IMG/VR virus record: IMGVR_UViG_3300045391_000822 | Location: 91,599 to 155,598 of that record | Strand: one strand, 5' to 3' | DNA: 64,000 bases | DNA from: a virus | In this document: one piece after another, positions 8,411-16,881 of the stretch | Layout: each line of letters begins with the position of its first letter | Numbering within the stretch: position 1 is the stretch's first letter | Program-made: the position numbers and the translations under genes | Notes under the pieces: model-generated | The model's input: only the letters and a program-made list of their open reading frames with translations | What the model was told of the DNA's origin: nothing | The model's database searches: none

Positions 8411-8725
8411 CTAATGATGCTCACGCCCTCGTAGGTGCGCGTGTCTCGCATCGTGGTGGCCTCGACATAGGCACATCAGATTCGATAATGCGTTCCGACC
8501 ACCACGACTTAATGGTACTATGTGGTGCACCTCTACCGCAGGTGATGTACAGCCTCGGTGCTCACATCTGTTACCAGCCCTCTTCATAGCCTGCGCACGT
8601 AAGTCCCACCATGCACCTGCTTTAGTTTGGCCACCAACGGTGTTGTACGCGGAGAAGTTCATCCTACGGTAGGTACCACTATGTGCGGTTCGAGCACTCT
8701 TAGCTCTAGGTGCACCACGTGCCAT
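8411..8725 (-). CDS. small HNH endonuclease
   Basis: CEHRGC...EVHHIVPLSRGGRNALSNLMCLCRGHHDARH. Confidence 0.9.
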   Translation of the reverse strand: MARGAPRAKSARTAHSGTYRRMNFSAYNTVGGQTKAGAWWDLRAQAMKRAGNRCEHRGCTSPAVEVHHIVPLSRGGRNALSNLMCLCRGHHDARHAHLRGREHH

Positions 8726-10068
8726 TACTGTTCCTTCGTATCTTGTTTCTCTGCGAGGTGCTTAACTATCAGTTCGATCTGTTCGTCACTAAGTTGAGCA
8801 GTCTTCAGGTGCTCCGCCCAGGCGCTTATCAGCTTCTCCAACATCTTTGTATCACCGTCTTCTACGGAAGCATTCAGCTCCGCAGATGAGAAGATGGACT
8901 TAGCAGCACCACTCAGAAACTTCAGGAAGTCCGATGCCATTACCAATCCAATAAGAGGCAGGACTGGACCTGAAGCACCAACCAACGCAAGAGCACAGGC
9001 AATGGCTAAGCCTTTACCGAAGGACTTCACAGCCTTAGCTGTACCCTTGGTAAGTTTCTTACCAGCCTTCAGGTTCTTCATCGCTCCCTTAGTTTCCCGC
9101 CAGTTGTCATCATCCCAATCATCGTCGTCCATAAGATCTTTAGCGATCTTTTTCTTATTCGACTTGAGCTTATCTGACCCGGCTGTTCGTGCCTTACTAC
9201 CAGCATCGGCACCACCGTTCTTGAAGAATGATTTCTCTGTACCGCTGAGCTTCTGAAAGAAACGTTGAAGCTTCTTAGCTAAACGATCAGTGAACGTCCG
9301 TTTGAAGAAGTGTCGACCTGGAGCTATCGAATCACCATACTTATCGAGGAGTTCGTTCTCTTCCCCAATCAGTTTTTCCTTGGTAGCAGGATCAGCCTTC
9401 TTCTGCTTCTTACGAAGTTCTGCTATTCGTTCACGTGCCTCTAGTTCATCTGAAGACAGGTCTTCATCATCTAAGGTGTGCTCTTCGTATTCAGTGTCGT
9501 CAGGTACCCAGCCTTCGTCAGTACTGAATCCTTCACGGTCTTTCAAATGGTCAGGATCATCACGAGGACCTGAATCCTTAGGTCCGTCCTTGGTTAGAGT
9601 ACGTACCGCCTTAGGATGTTTCTCCATCAAGTCCCGGTACTTCAATTCAGCTTCGTCTGCTGCGTCTTCCCATTTGCGTTTCTTCTTCGGATCCTTTTCC
9701 TTATCAGCACGAGCCTGGAACTCATTCTGTAGGTCAAGGAGATCGTCCATATCGGATCGAGCTTCCTTCTCTTCGTCAGAGAGGTTCTTCTTATCCTGGG
9801 GCAATGCTTCATGGTCCCCTGGCTTGGTCAGAGGCTCATCGGCATCTTGCTCTTCTTGAGAGTCTTCTTGGGATTCATCGAAGTCCTCACCTGACTCGTC
9901 AAGATCCTTAGAGGGTTCTTCGGGATTCTCAGCTTCATCGTCTTCCGGATGGTCTGTCGCAGACTTACCATACTTGGAGCCTGGGTGCTCCTTCAGGTAT
10001 TTCTCCTGATGCCTCGAACTCAGTTCGTCCCACCAGTTGGTGGCTAACACACGGTTTGCAAAATCCAT
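8725..10068 (-). CDS. putative internal head/ejected protein with C-terminal hydrophobic hairpin
   Basis: MDFANRVLA tag, WW..Q..YL..HP.SKY motif, acidic linker, hydrophobic GLAIACALALVGASGPVLPLIGLVMA. Confidence 0.6.
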   Translation of the reverse strand: MDFANRVLATNWWDELSSRHQEKYLKEHPGSKYGKSATDHPEDDEAENPEEPSKDLDESGEDFDESQEDSQEEQDADEPLTKPGDHEALPQDKKNLSDEEKEARSDMDDLLDLQNEFQARADKEKDPKKKRKWEDAADEAELKYRDLMEKHPKAVRTLTKDGPKDSGPRDDPDHLKDREGFSTDEGWVPDDTEYEEHTLDDEDLSSDELEARERIAELRKKQKKADPATKEKLIGEENELLDKYGDSIAPGRHFFKRTFTDRLAKKLQRFFQKLSGTEKSFFKNGGADAGSKARTAGSDKLKSNKKKIAKDLMDDDDWDDDNWRETKGAMKNLKAGKKLTKGTAKAVKSFGKGLAIACALALVGASGPVLPLIGLVMASDFLKFLSGAAKSIFSSAELNASVEDGDTKMLEKLISAWAEHLKTAQLSDEQIELIVKHLAEKQDTKEQ

Positions 10069-10101
10069 TGTTCTACCTTTAGATTCTTATTCTAAACTGG
10101 G

Positions 10102-10773
10102 CTACCAACCAGCATGCTCTGGATCTAGAGCAGGAATAGCTTTCCGCTTGAACGGGTTAACCGACATCACTATAGTCGTTCGCCATTCTGGACCCCACGG
10201 CTTGTTATTCCTATACCAGGTCTGGATATCCTTATCCCAGTAGTTCCAGATCTTCCAGCCCAGGTTGTAGCTACCCCACTTACCGTCAAGCGAGATGTTC
10301 CAATATCCCTTGCTAGAAGTGGCGATAAACAAACCATAGCCAGTACCTGTATCACCTGGTACCCACTTGAATTTATTGATCGCCCATTCCGATTTATCAA
10401 CCGGTATACCTAGAACGTAGTAGGAGAACGAGTATCCTGAGTTCCGATTAAGCCATCGCCATTGGTAGTATTTGCGTTTCCAGTAGCTAGGTAGATTAGT
10501 TGGACTGTAGGTGTCCCTATCCACGAAGTATGGACTAGTCCAACCTGTATCCAATGAAGCATCAAACGTCTCGAACCATTTGAACGCCGTAGGTAGGTCT
10601 TCAACTATGCCACGCCATTTTGCATCTAGCTTATCGTAGAGCCAAGTGCCTTGGGGAACTGGTCGAGCAAGAAAGATGATCCACCAATTAACCAGGAGTA
10701 CGCACACCAGGTTGAACACGAAGTCCAGGGGCCACAGGAGCATCCACTTCAACGTCTGTAGAAAGTATTTCAT
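10102..10773 (-). CDS. Trp-rich phage membrane protein
   Basis: N-terminal TM; WFETFDASLD and WRWLNRNSGYSF motifs typical of a phage hypothetical family. Confidence 0.6.
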   Translation of the reverse strand: MKYFLQTLKWMLLWPLDFVFNLVCVLLVNWWIIFLARPVPQGTWLYDKLDAKWRGIVEDLPTAFKWFETFDASLDTGWTSPYFVDRDTYSPTNLPSYWKRKYYQWRWLNRNSGYSFSYYVLGIPVDKSEWAINKFKWVPGDTGTGYGLFIATSSKGYWNISLDGKWGSYNLGWKIWNYWDKDIQTWYRNNKPWGPEWRTTIVMSVNPFKRKAIPALDPEHAGW

Positions 10774-10974
10774 TTAGTCCTCTTCTCGACAGTCCATCAC
10801 ATCATCATCTTCAAGTGGTGCTCCACAAGGCTTCTGTCCTGAGTTCTGCCTTGAGTTCTTAGTTCTTTGGCAGAGCCTATTCCACTCGATGACTATTTCA
10901 TCTATTAACTTCTGGTGTTCATCAGATACTTCGGGAGTAGGAACCTGCAGGTTGGTCATCAACACCTCGAACAT
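10774..10974 (-). CDS. hypothetical protein
   Basis: 66-aa ORF abutting the downstream gene. Confidence 0.4.
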   Translation of the reverse strand: MFEVLMTNLQVPTPEVSDEHQKLIDEIVIEWNRLCQRTKNSRQNSGQKPCGAPLEDDDVMDCREED

Positions 10975-11003
10975 CTAAGAATACATCGAACTAGCACCGT
11001 CAG

Positions 11004-11066
11004 CCTACCTAGAGATCCTACAGAATAGGGCTAAGAGGCTAGGGGTTGAAATTGGTTAGGAGCTCA
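11004..11066. repeat. intergenic repeated element, copy 1
   Basis: CCTACCTAGA-N8-AGAATAGGGCTAAGAGG identical, with the same spacing, to 21555-21589; similarity continues about 25 bp. Confidence 0.75.
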
Positions 11067-11108
11067 TTTCCTGTACTGTCAGAAGGATCTATAGACTTAC
11101 AAGAGGTC

Positions 11109-11843
11109 CTAACTCTTCCGTAGAATACGGTTTGCAGTAGCCTTAGCTACGTTAGTCCCAGATAGCGTCTTTTGGGACGCCGCTTGTTTAGGTTCAATAG
11201 GTTGCACTGGTTCCACAGGTTCGATTGGATCTACAGGCGCCTGCGGTTGCTCACCTTTAGGCAACTCTGGTAGACCGTTACCAGAAGTAGCACCAGTCTT
11301 AATCCTACGGACTACACGACTCTTGAGGAACTCAGCTTCAATTTCCTTGAATAGCTCAGGAGCCCATTCAGTGGCATCTTGCATTTCCGTAGGTGAAGAG
11401 CCTTGGCCCATCGCATCCGGAGAAACAGAACTGTAGATAGTGTCGTCACCGTGTACCACTTCTTCTACAGGATCAGGACGGTCAATAACGCCAGGCGTAT
11501 TCTCCTCATCCTGTGTATCGTATGTGTCAGGAGCACCACCTTCGCCAGGGTCCAGGTCTGGTGCATCATCACCTTGACTGGTATTCAAGTCAGAGGCACC
11601 GATTCTTGAGGCCCGGATATCACGTAATGCAAAGTAGGCAGCAACACGAGTTACTGCTGCCGTTACCAACGGATTCTTGTCTGCTGATGACGTCATCTTC
11701 TGGTAGATGTAGTTGGTGAGCGCCCAATTCTGTTCGCCTTTATCTTTACCAGCTGCATCCTTGGCACGGTCCCATTTCTTTTCCAATTGCTTGGTACTAC
11801 CTTTGCCCTCTCGAGCATCCTTCTTAATCATCTGGTTAGGCAT
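11109..11843 (-). CDS. putative internal head protein (helical N-terminus, acidic low-complexity body)
   Basis: 244 aa; AGGAG RBS; C-terminal ATANRILRKS resembles the tag. Confidence 0.6.
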   Translation of the reverse strand: MPNQMIKKDAREGKGSTKQLEKKWDRAKDAAGKDKGEQNWALTNYIYQKMTSSADKNPLVTAAVTRVAAYFALRDIRASRIGASDLNTSQGDDAPDLDPGEGGAPDTYDTQDEENTPGVIDRPDPVEEVVHGDDTIYSSVSPDAMGQGSSPTEMQDATEWAPELFKEIEAEFLKSRVVRRIKTGATSGNGLPELPKGEQPQAPVDPIEPVEPVQPIEPKQAASQKTLSGTNVAKATANRILRKS

Positions 11844-11954
11844 GAGCCTCTCCTATGAATTGCCTACACAGAAACCCCACCCGAAGTTAATCGAATGGGG
11901 TTCCTTTACTTCATTGGATTCAACGGTAGTACAGGTTGTTAAAGAGCGAACCTC

Positions 11955-11983
11955 GAGATCTTCTAAGAATACTAGAAGATCTC
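11955..11983 (-). terminator. stem-loop after Ig-like gene
   Basis: 11-bp inverted repeat GAGATCTTCTA-N7-TAGAAGATCTC; a second imperfect hairpin at about 11873-11902. Confidence 0.5.
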
Positions 11984-11990
11984 CGGGGTC

Positions 11991-12986
11991 TTAGCTAACA
12001 GTCACTGTGTAGCCGCTGGAGGTCTTGCCGCCGAACGCAGCAGTGATGCTGGTCGTACCAGCAGCAACACCAGTAACCAAACCAGTGGCAGAGCCGACAG
12101 TAGCGTTAGCCGGAGTACCAGACACCCAGGTAGCTTGGGTGGTCACATCGGCCGTCAACGGAGCGATGTTGTAGTTCGCAGTTGCCGTCAGCTGAGTCGT
12201 GTTACCAACAGTGGTAGTGTTAGTACCGGTGATGGTAATGGTCTGGACAGCGCGGGCTGCGGTAACGGTGAACGCCGTTGGAGCGGAGGTCACGCTGTTC
12301 AACGAAGCAGTGATGTTGGCGGAACCAACAGCAACACCGGTTACGACACCAGTGGCAGCACCCACGGTAGCGGTGCCAGTAGCCGATGAAGCCCAGGCAG
12401 CAGTAGTCGTGATGTTCTGCGTAGTACCGTTACTGTAGTGGCCGGTGGCAGTCAGCGAAGACGTGGCGCCAACAGCAGCGGTTGCAGTACCCGTAATGGT
12501 GATCGAGGTCAACACAGCAGCAGTAACTGTGACGTTATGTGCTGAGGAGGTAACGCTACCCACGGCAGCGGTAATCGAGCTAGAGCCGGTAGCAACACCA
12601 GTCACAACACCCGCAGCAACCGTAGCCGATGCAGTGGTTCCACTCACCCAGGTAGCACTCGACGTGATATCGGCAGTGCTATTGTCATCGTAGGTGCCGG
12701 TAGCGACAAGCGTAACCGTTTGACCAGCAGCAACCGTAGTAGCACCAGTCACTGCGATAGACACAAGCACTTTCTCATCTGTGGGTGATCCCGGGAAACC
12801 ATCAGGCAGAATATCTGCGTAGGCTTGGCCCATCGTGATAGTGCTGAGTTTCAAGGGGTAGTTCAGGCGTGCATATTGCACGTAGTACCATTGATCTTGG
12901 GCAGTCCAATTCGAACCGTTAGCAGACATGGTGTAACCAGCGGCACGCAGGTCGGCGCGAAGTTGGTCGTAATTGATTTGAGTCAT
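11991..12986 (-). CDS. virion protein with three bacterial Ig-like (Big_2) domains
   Basis: Three ~85-aa repeats L.SI.ITG....VG.T..LTATG.Y...DIT..ATW.S...ATV...G.VTGVA.G...ITA. Confidence 0.85.
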   Translation of the reverse strand: MTQINYDQLRADLRAAGYTMSANGSNWTAQDQWYYVQYARLNYPLKLSTITMGQAYADILPDGFPGSPTDEKVLVSIAVTGATTVAAGQTVTLVATGTYDDNSTADITSSATWVSGTTASATVAAGVVTGVATGSSSITAAVGSVTSSAHNVTVTAAVLTSITITGTATAAVGATSSLTATGHYSNGTTQNITTTAAWASSATGTATVGAATGVVTGVAVGSANITASLNSVTSAPTAFTVTAARAVQTITITGTNTTTVGNTTQLTATANYNIAPLTADVTTQATWVSGTPANATVGSATGLVTGVAAGTTSITAAFGGKTSSGYTVTVS

Positions 12987-13065
12987 CTTGATCTCCGGAA
13001 GTAAAGGACTGGAGCACCCACCTTCTGTTGAGTAGAGTGGTATAACGGTGGGGCACTGCAGACAA

Positions 13066-13073
13066 TAAAATTG
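13066..13073 (-). promoter_or_regulatory. putative late promoter motif CAATTTTA
   Basis: Intergenic, 80 nt upstream of Ig-like gene start. Confidence 0.5.
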
Positions 13074-13109
13074 AGTTCTCTGGATACCTTGAGGTGTTCT
13101 AAGAGGAGT

Positions 13110-13610
13110 CTAGCAATGGTCTTTAAACGCTGGATCCTCTCGAAGACCCCTCATTATGTTCTCCGCACTAGGACCCTCTTGTTCTACAGTTTGCTGAACC
13201 CGCTTGTAGAGTTCTGCATCTATGATGTCCTCTAAGGATTCTAGGTCTAGGTGAACAACTTCGTGTTCGATCTGGATCTTTGCGTATCGGATCCACCATA
13301 GGTAGTGCTGGCGTATATCGAATTCCAGAAGAGTCAGAGGTGTTCCAAATAGGTCGAATACGATCTCTCGGAACACCTGGAAGTGACTACGTACCTGCTG
13401 TTCACCACAAGCCTGGTGGTCCAACATGAACACAGTGAGGGCCCTGCGAATAAGAAAGGTGTCTACTATATGGAAACGGGGTCCACTAGACATGAGTGTA
13501 TCTAGAAGTGCCTTGTATATCTTAATCCTCAGACGGAGCCCCTTGGATACCGCATCTGTGTAGAGCCCTAGGACAGTCTCGGTTGCCAAAGCAGTTCCTA
13601 CGATAGACAT
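13110..13610 (-). CDS. hypothetical protein
   Basis: 166 aa, AAGGAG RBS. Confidence 0.7.
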   Translation of the reverse strand: MSIVGTALATETVLGLYTDAVSKGLRLRIKIYKALLDTLMSSGPRFHIVDTFLIRRALTVFMLDHQACGEQQVRSHFQVFREIVFDLFGTPLTLLEFDIRQHYLWWIRYAKIQIEHEVVHLDLESLEDIIDAELYKRVQQTVEQEGPSAENIMRGLREDPAFKDHC

Positions 13611-13661
13611 GGCTACTCCTTTTCCCAGGACCTAACTACTCGAAGAGACTATTCGAAGAAG

Positions 13662-14261
13662 CTATTCAATAGCCTGACTAGATTTGAAGTCAAATGGTGC
13701 AGCATATGGCTCCCATTGCGTACCGAGGCCTTTGTGGAACCGAACCATCTGTGGATGGTCTCTACGGTTAGGAGCGAACACCTGTTGGTATCGTACCGCA
13801 AGAGCCTGACGTTCCGGCTGATCGGTATCCCGTATCTCCTTGTAGATCTGTCCGCGTAATGCTGCAACCTTCTCAGATAAGGCATAACCAGCAGACGATC
13901 GTCCTACGTCGAATGCTTGCTCCGCTTGGAATTCCAAGGCCCGAAGTTCCTGAACTAGTTGGTCTAGCTGAGTGGTATCGGTTACCTTGAGGTTCTTCAG
14001 CGAATAGGACCAACCGCTATTCGTAGCACGATCCCACACTGCGAGTTCCTGGTCACCTACGGTACACCGGATACCTTTAGAACACGTATCGTCTACAGGC
14101 ATCACCTGGTACTTCTTCTGGAACTGCACTTCCTGATCTCGAACAAACTGCTCCCATTCGGATTGGTCTCGAAACGTCACCTTAGGGAACCCACCTAGAT
14201 CGGGTATTCCTGTAGGTTCAGATAGAGCTAGAACAGCGTGTAGACGTTGAGCAAAATTCAT
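13662..14261 (-). CDS. hypothetical protein with variant N-terminal tag
   Basis: Begins MNFAQRLHAVLA. Confidence 0.65.
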   Translation of the reverse strand: MNFAQRLHAVLALSEPTGIPDLGGFPKVTFRDQSEWEQFVRDQEVQFQKKYQVMPVDDTCSKGIRCTVGDQELAVWDRATNSGWSYSLKNLKVTDTTQLDQLVQELRALEFQAEQAFDVGRSSAGYALSEKVAALRGQIYKEIRDTDQPERQALAVRYQQVFAPNRRDHPQMVRFHKGLGTQWEPYAAPFDFKSSQAIE

Positions 14262-14301
14262 ATAGTTCTCGATGTTCTTGATGGACTCAGTAGGTGTGAC
14301 A

Positions 14302-14333
14302 GGTGGTGTAGACGTGTCCTCGTCTACACCACC
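14302..14333 (-). terminator. stem-loop downstream of A1-like gene
   Basis: 13-bp perfect inverted repeat GGTGGTGTAGACG-N6-CGTCTACACCACC. Confidence 0.55.
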
Positions 14334-14366
14334 GGATTCCCCTAGTCTAGGCTATTAAGCTCTTTC

Positions 14367-16067
14367 TTAGGCTCTCCACTTACCATCCCACATGGTGACG
14401 ATAGCACGACTACCATTAGGATAGGTTACGATGTGGCTATGACTCCAGGACGAAGGACCCACGTTGTACCCCATATCTAGAGAGCCGCTAACGCCCGCGA
14501 CGTAAACACCATCGATAATACAGGCGCTATGCGAGTGTCCGATGTTGGCACGACGACCCATCTTAGATAGTGCAAGCGGTGTACCTTTCACACCGTTAGG
14601 GCCTAGGTGTCCGTGCATACCGCATTCGATACCCTCATCCTGTGATCGGCATATCACGAAGGACTCATCCTGACGTAGGAACTGTGCATCACATTGGGGA
14701 TCAGATTGCTGTACCGCCCATTCCACTACGTGATGAGATTCTGCTGCTTCTATCTGTCCGATTACATAGAGCTGAGCACTTAAGTAGAACTTGGCATTCA
14801 CGGGGTCGGTACGCCAATCCGTATCCTTCAACCAACGGAGTAGAGCGTTGTCATGGTTGGAATCAACCACCACAGTCTTACACCAGGATCTCGAACTCTC
14901 CTGCAGAAACTGTGCCACGCGTTCCACTTCTTGGGCAACCTTATCCTCACCATACATAGCGAGTTGGAATTGCTTATGAGGATCACGTCGATCATGGTGA
15001 TTGCGGGAGCGGAAATCCAGTAGGTCGTGCATGAACTGGTATTTCGGTTTAAGCACGTCTAGCATGCCGCCGGTAGCCCAGGCCATATCACGAACACGAG
15101 GATCTAACTGTGCGACGTGTACGTCACCCCAGGTAATGGCTTCGATCGGTGTACCTACGATAACCTCACCGTCTTTAACCATCACGTTCAGATCGTAGAT
15201 AGTACCAACCTGATCCGACACCAGCTGACGTACAAACCAGCGGCCAGCACTATCTACCTCTACGAGAAGGCCACCGTAGGAATGGTGATGTTCTGCACGC
15301 AACCCCGCTTTCTTCTGGATGTAGTTGATCTGGGTGATGGTGCCGGTAGTGTAGTTGAACTTGGTAGCCTCTGCCTTACCTGATGCAACGCTTTCCATAC
15401 TCAGCTTGGCATGGGGGAAGATACCACTCTTACGTCCGGTGTAGGTTTCGAAGCCAGACAGAGGACGAACAGCAGTAGGTATGGTGTTCATCCGACCACA
15501 CCAAATCAGACCTGGAGCGAGCTCCATATTCTGATCCGATTTCTCCAGAAGCGGTAGCACTAGAGGATCATACCACAGCTTCTGCTCGATACCCTTGAAG
15601 GTCTTGTTCTTAACCGCCATCGGACCGTAGGCGTTGGTGTTGTAGGAGTAGGACGCACACAGGATCTCCGCCTTGTAGTATTTGGCTAGAGCTGTGAGTG
15701 CTGCCCACACCTTCTTGTTAACCTTGGTGTTATTCTGCGCTGATGTGAGGATCCACCGACGTACAGCCTTACCGCGTGGTAAATCAATCTGCTCTATCTT
15801 GGTAGGACTTAGTTGTCCCTCTGCAATGGGTTTGTGGCCTTCTAAGCCTGCGCGTTTAACGTGACTACGAACAGTAGATCTAGAAAGACCTAGTGCGTCA
15901 GCGGTTGCTTGTGCGTTACCACCAAGGTTTAGGTACGCCTGTACCACCTCGGAATTGCGGTAGCCATGTTCGTGCTGATTTAGCTTTCGGTCCCGTGCTT
16001 CAGGAACAAATAGTTCGTGGCTATCTGCCTTTGAAGTCTTCGGTTGGAGGCTACGTTTCTTTCCCAT
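14367..16067 (-). CDS. T5 A1-like protein (N-terminal HTH plus metallophosphoesterase-type nuclease)
   Basis: Motifs ILTSAQNNT, NYIQKKAG, WFVRQL, GDVH, LKPKYQFMHD, SNHD, MHGH, GHSHS, GSLDMGYNVGPSSW match T5 A1 as I recall it; HTH TADALGLSRSTVRSH. Confidence 0.75.
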   Translation of the reverse strand: MGKKRSLQPKTSKADSHELFVPEARDRKLNQHEHGYRNSEVVQAYLNLGGNAQATADALGLSRSTVRSHVKRAGLEGHKPIAEGQLSPTKIEQIDLPRGKAVRRWILTSAQNNTKVNKKVWAALTALAKYYKAEILCASYSYNTNAYGPMAVKNKTFKGIEQKLWYDPLVLPLLEKSDQNMELAPGLIWCGRMNTIPTAVRPLSGFETYTGRKSGIFPHAKLSMESVASGKAEATKFNYTTGTITQINYIQKKAGLRAEHHHSYGGLLVEVDSAGRWFVRQLVSDQVGTIYDLNVMVKDGEVIVGTPIEAITWGDVHVAQLDPRVRDMAWATGGMLDVLKPKYQFMHDLLDFRSRNHHDRRDPHKQFQLAMYGEDKVAQEVERVAQFLQESSRSWCKTVVVDSNHDNALLRWLKDTDWRTDPVNAKFYLSAQLYVIGQIEAAESHHVVEWAVQQSDPQCDAQFLRQDESFVICRSQDEGIECGMHGHLGPNGVKGTPLALSKMGRRANIGHSHSACIIDGVYVAGVSGSLDMGYNVGPSSWSHSHIVTYPNGSRAIVTMWDGKWRA

Positions 16068-16153
16068 GGGATCATCCTATCGCACCTATGGAGGTGCTTA
16101 CCTCTATGCTCTGCCGATGAAAGGGTATCACCGGGACTATCTGGTGCTTCAGA

Positions 16154-16573
16154 CTATTCAATCACTAGTGTGAACGGTTGATCTCCTAGCAGTTGCATGA
16201 ACTTGGTAAGTGCATTGCGGCTTGAAAGGATAGCAGGTTGGCCTTCTAGAACACCAGTAGATAGACCTAGGAGTATGCAGCCCTCGATATCGGAGTGGAA
16301 CCCCTTAGACGTATCACCGCCGAAGTTACCGCTGTGGATCAGAATGTTGGCACGGCCCGGAACGTCTTGCACTCCATAGATGTGGCCGAACTTGGGACTC
16401 TGTACGATCTGAACTTGGTAGGTGCCTGGAGGAATACAGCTAACCTGGGAGTGGTTATCACGCCACGGGCATTCTAAGGTATGGCACGTCCAATCTAAAG
16501 ACGGTATGGTTAAGGTACCGAACGTACCGGTGTCACCTGATGGGGTGCGATGAATGTGAACTTCAATAGACAT
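16154..16573 (-). CDS. DUF5675-family protein (L,D-peptidase-like; candidate lysin)
   Basis: GTFG..CHTLECPW.DN..SCIPPGTY..SPKFG..DVPGR..ILIHSGN..DIEGCILLG. Confidence 0.75.
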   Translation of the reverse strand: MSIEVHIHRTPSGDTGTFGTLTIPSLDWTCHTLECPWRDNHSQVSCIPPGTYQVQIVQSPKFGHIYGVQDVPGRANILIHSGNFGGDTSKGFHSDIEGCILLGLSTGVLEGQPAILSSRNALTKFMQLLGDQPFTLVIE

Positions 16574-16582
16574 AGCTACCTC

Positions 16583-16879
16583 TTACTTCTTGGGTTGTTT
16601 CTTAGGAAAGTAACGCTCTTCGTTAAGGCGGTGTTGAAGTTCAGGATCTGCTTCTTTCTCAAGACGTCGATACTCCTCGACCCACCGTTCTGGAGATAGG
16701 TCGTCTACTCGATAGGTGTGTACCGAGTTGTCAGGCCAGGTAGTGGCATCACCTACGAAGTAGTAATAGTCCTTACCTTTGACAAGCTTATCCTTGATGC
16801 CTGCCTGTCGAAGGGCCTTGTTGACGGTAGCAAGTGATGAGGTTACCAAGGAGGAAAGAACTCGTTCTGCGTAGGACAT
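16583..16879 (-). CDS. hypothetical protein with N-terminal tag
   Basis: Begins MSYAERVLSS. Confidence 0.7.
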   Translation of the reverse strand: MSYAERVLSSLVTSSLATVNKALRQAGIKDKLVKGKDYYYFVGDATTWPDNSVHTYRVDDLSPERWVEEYRRLEKEADPELQHRLNEERYFPKKQPKK

Positions 16880-16881
16880 GG

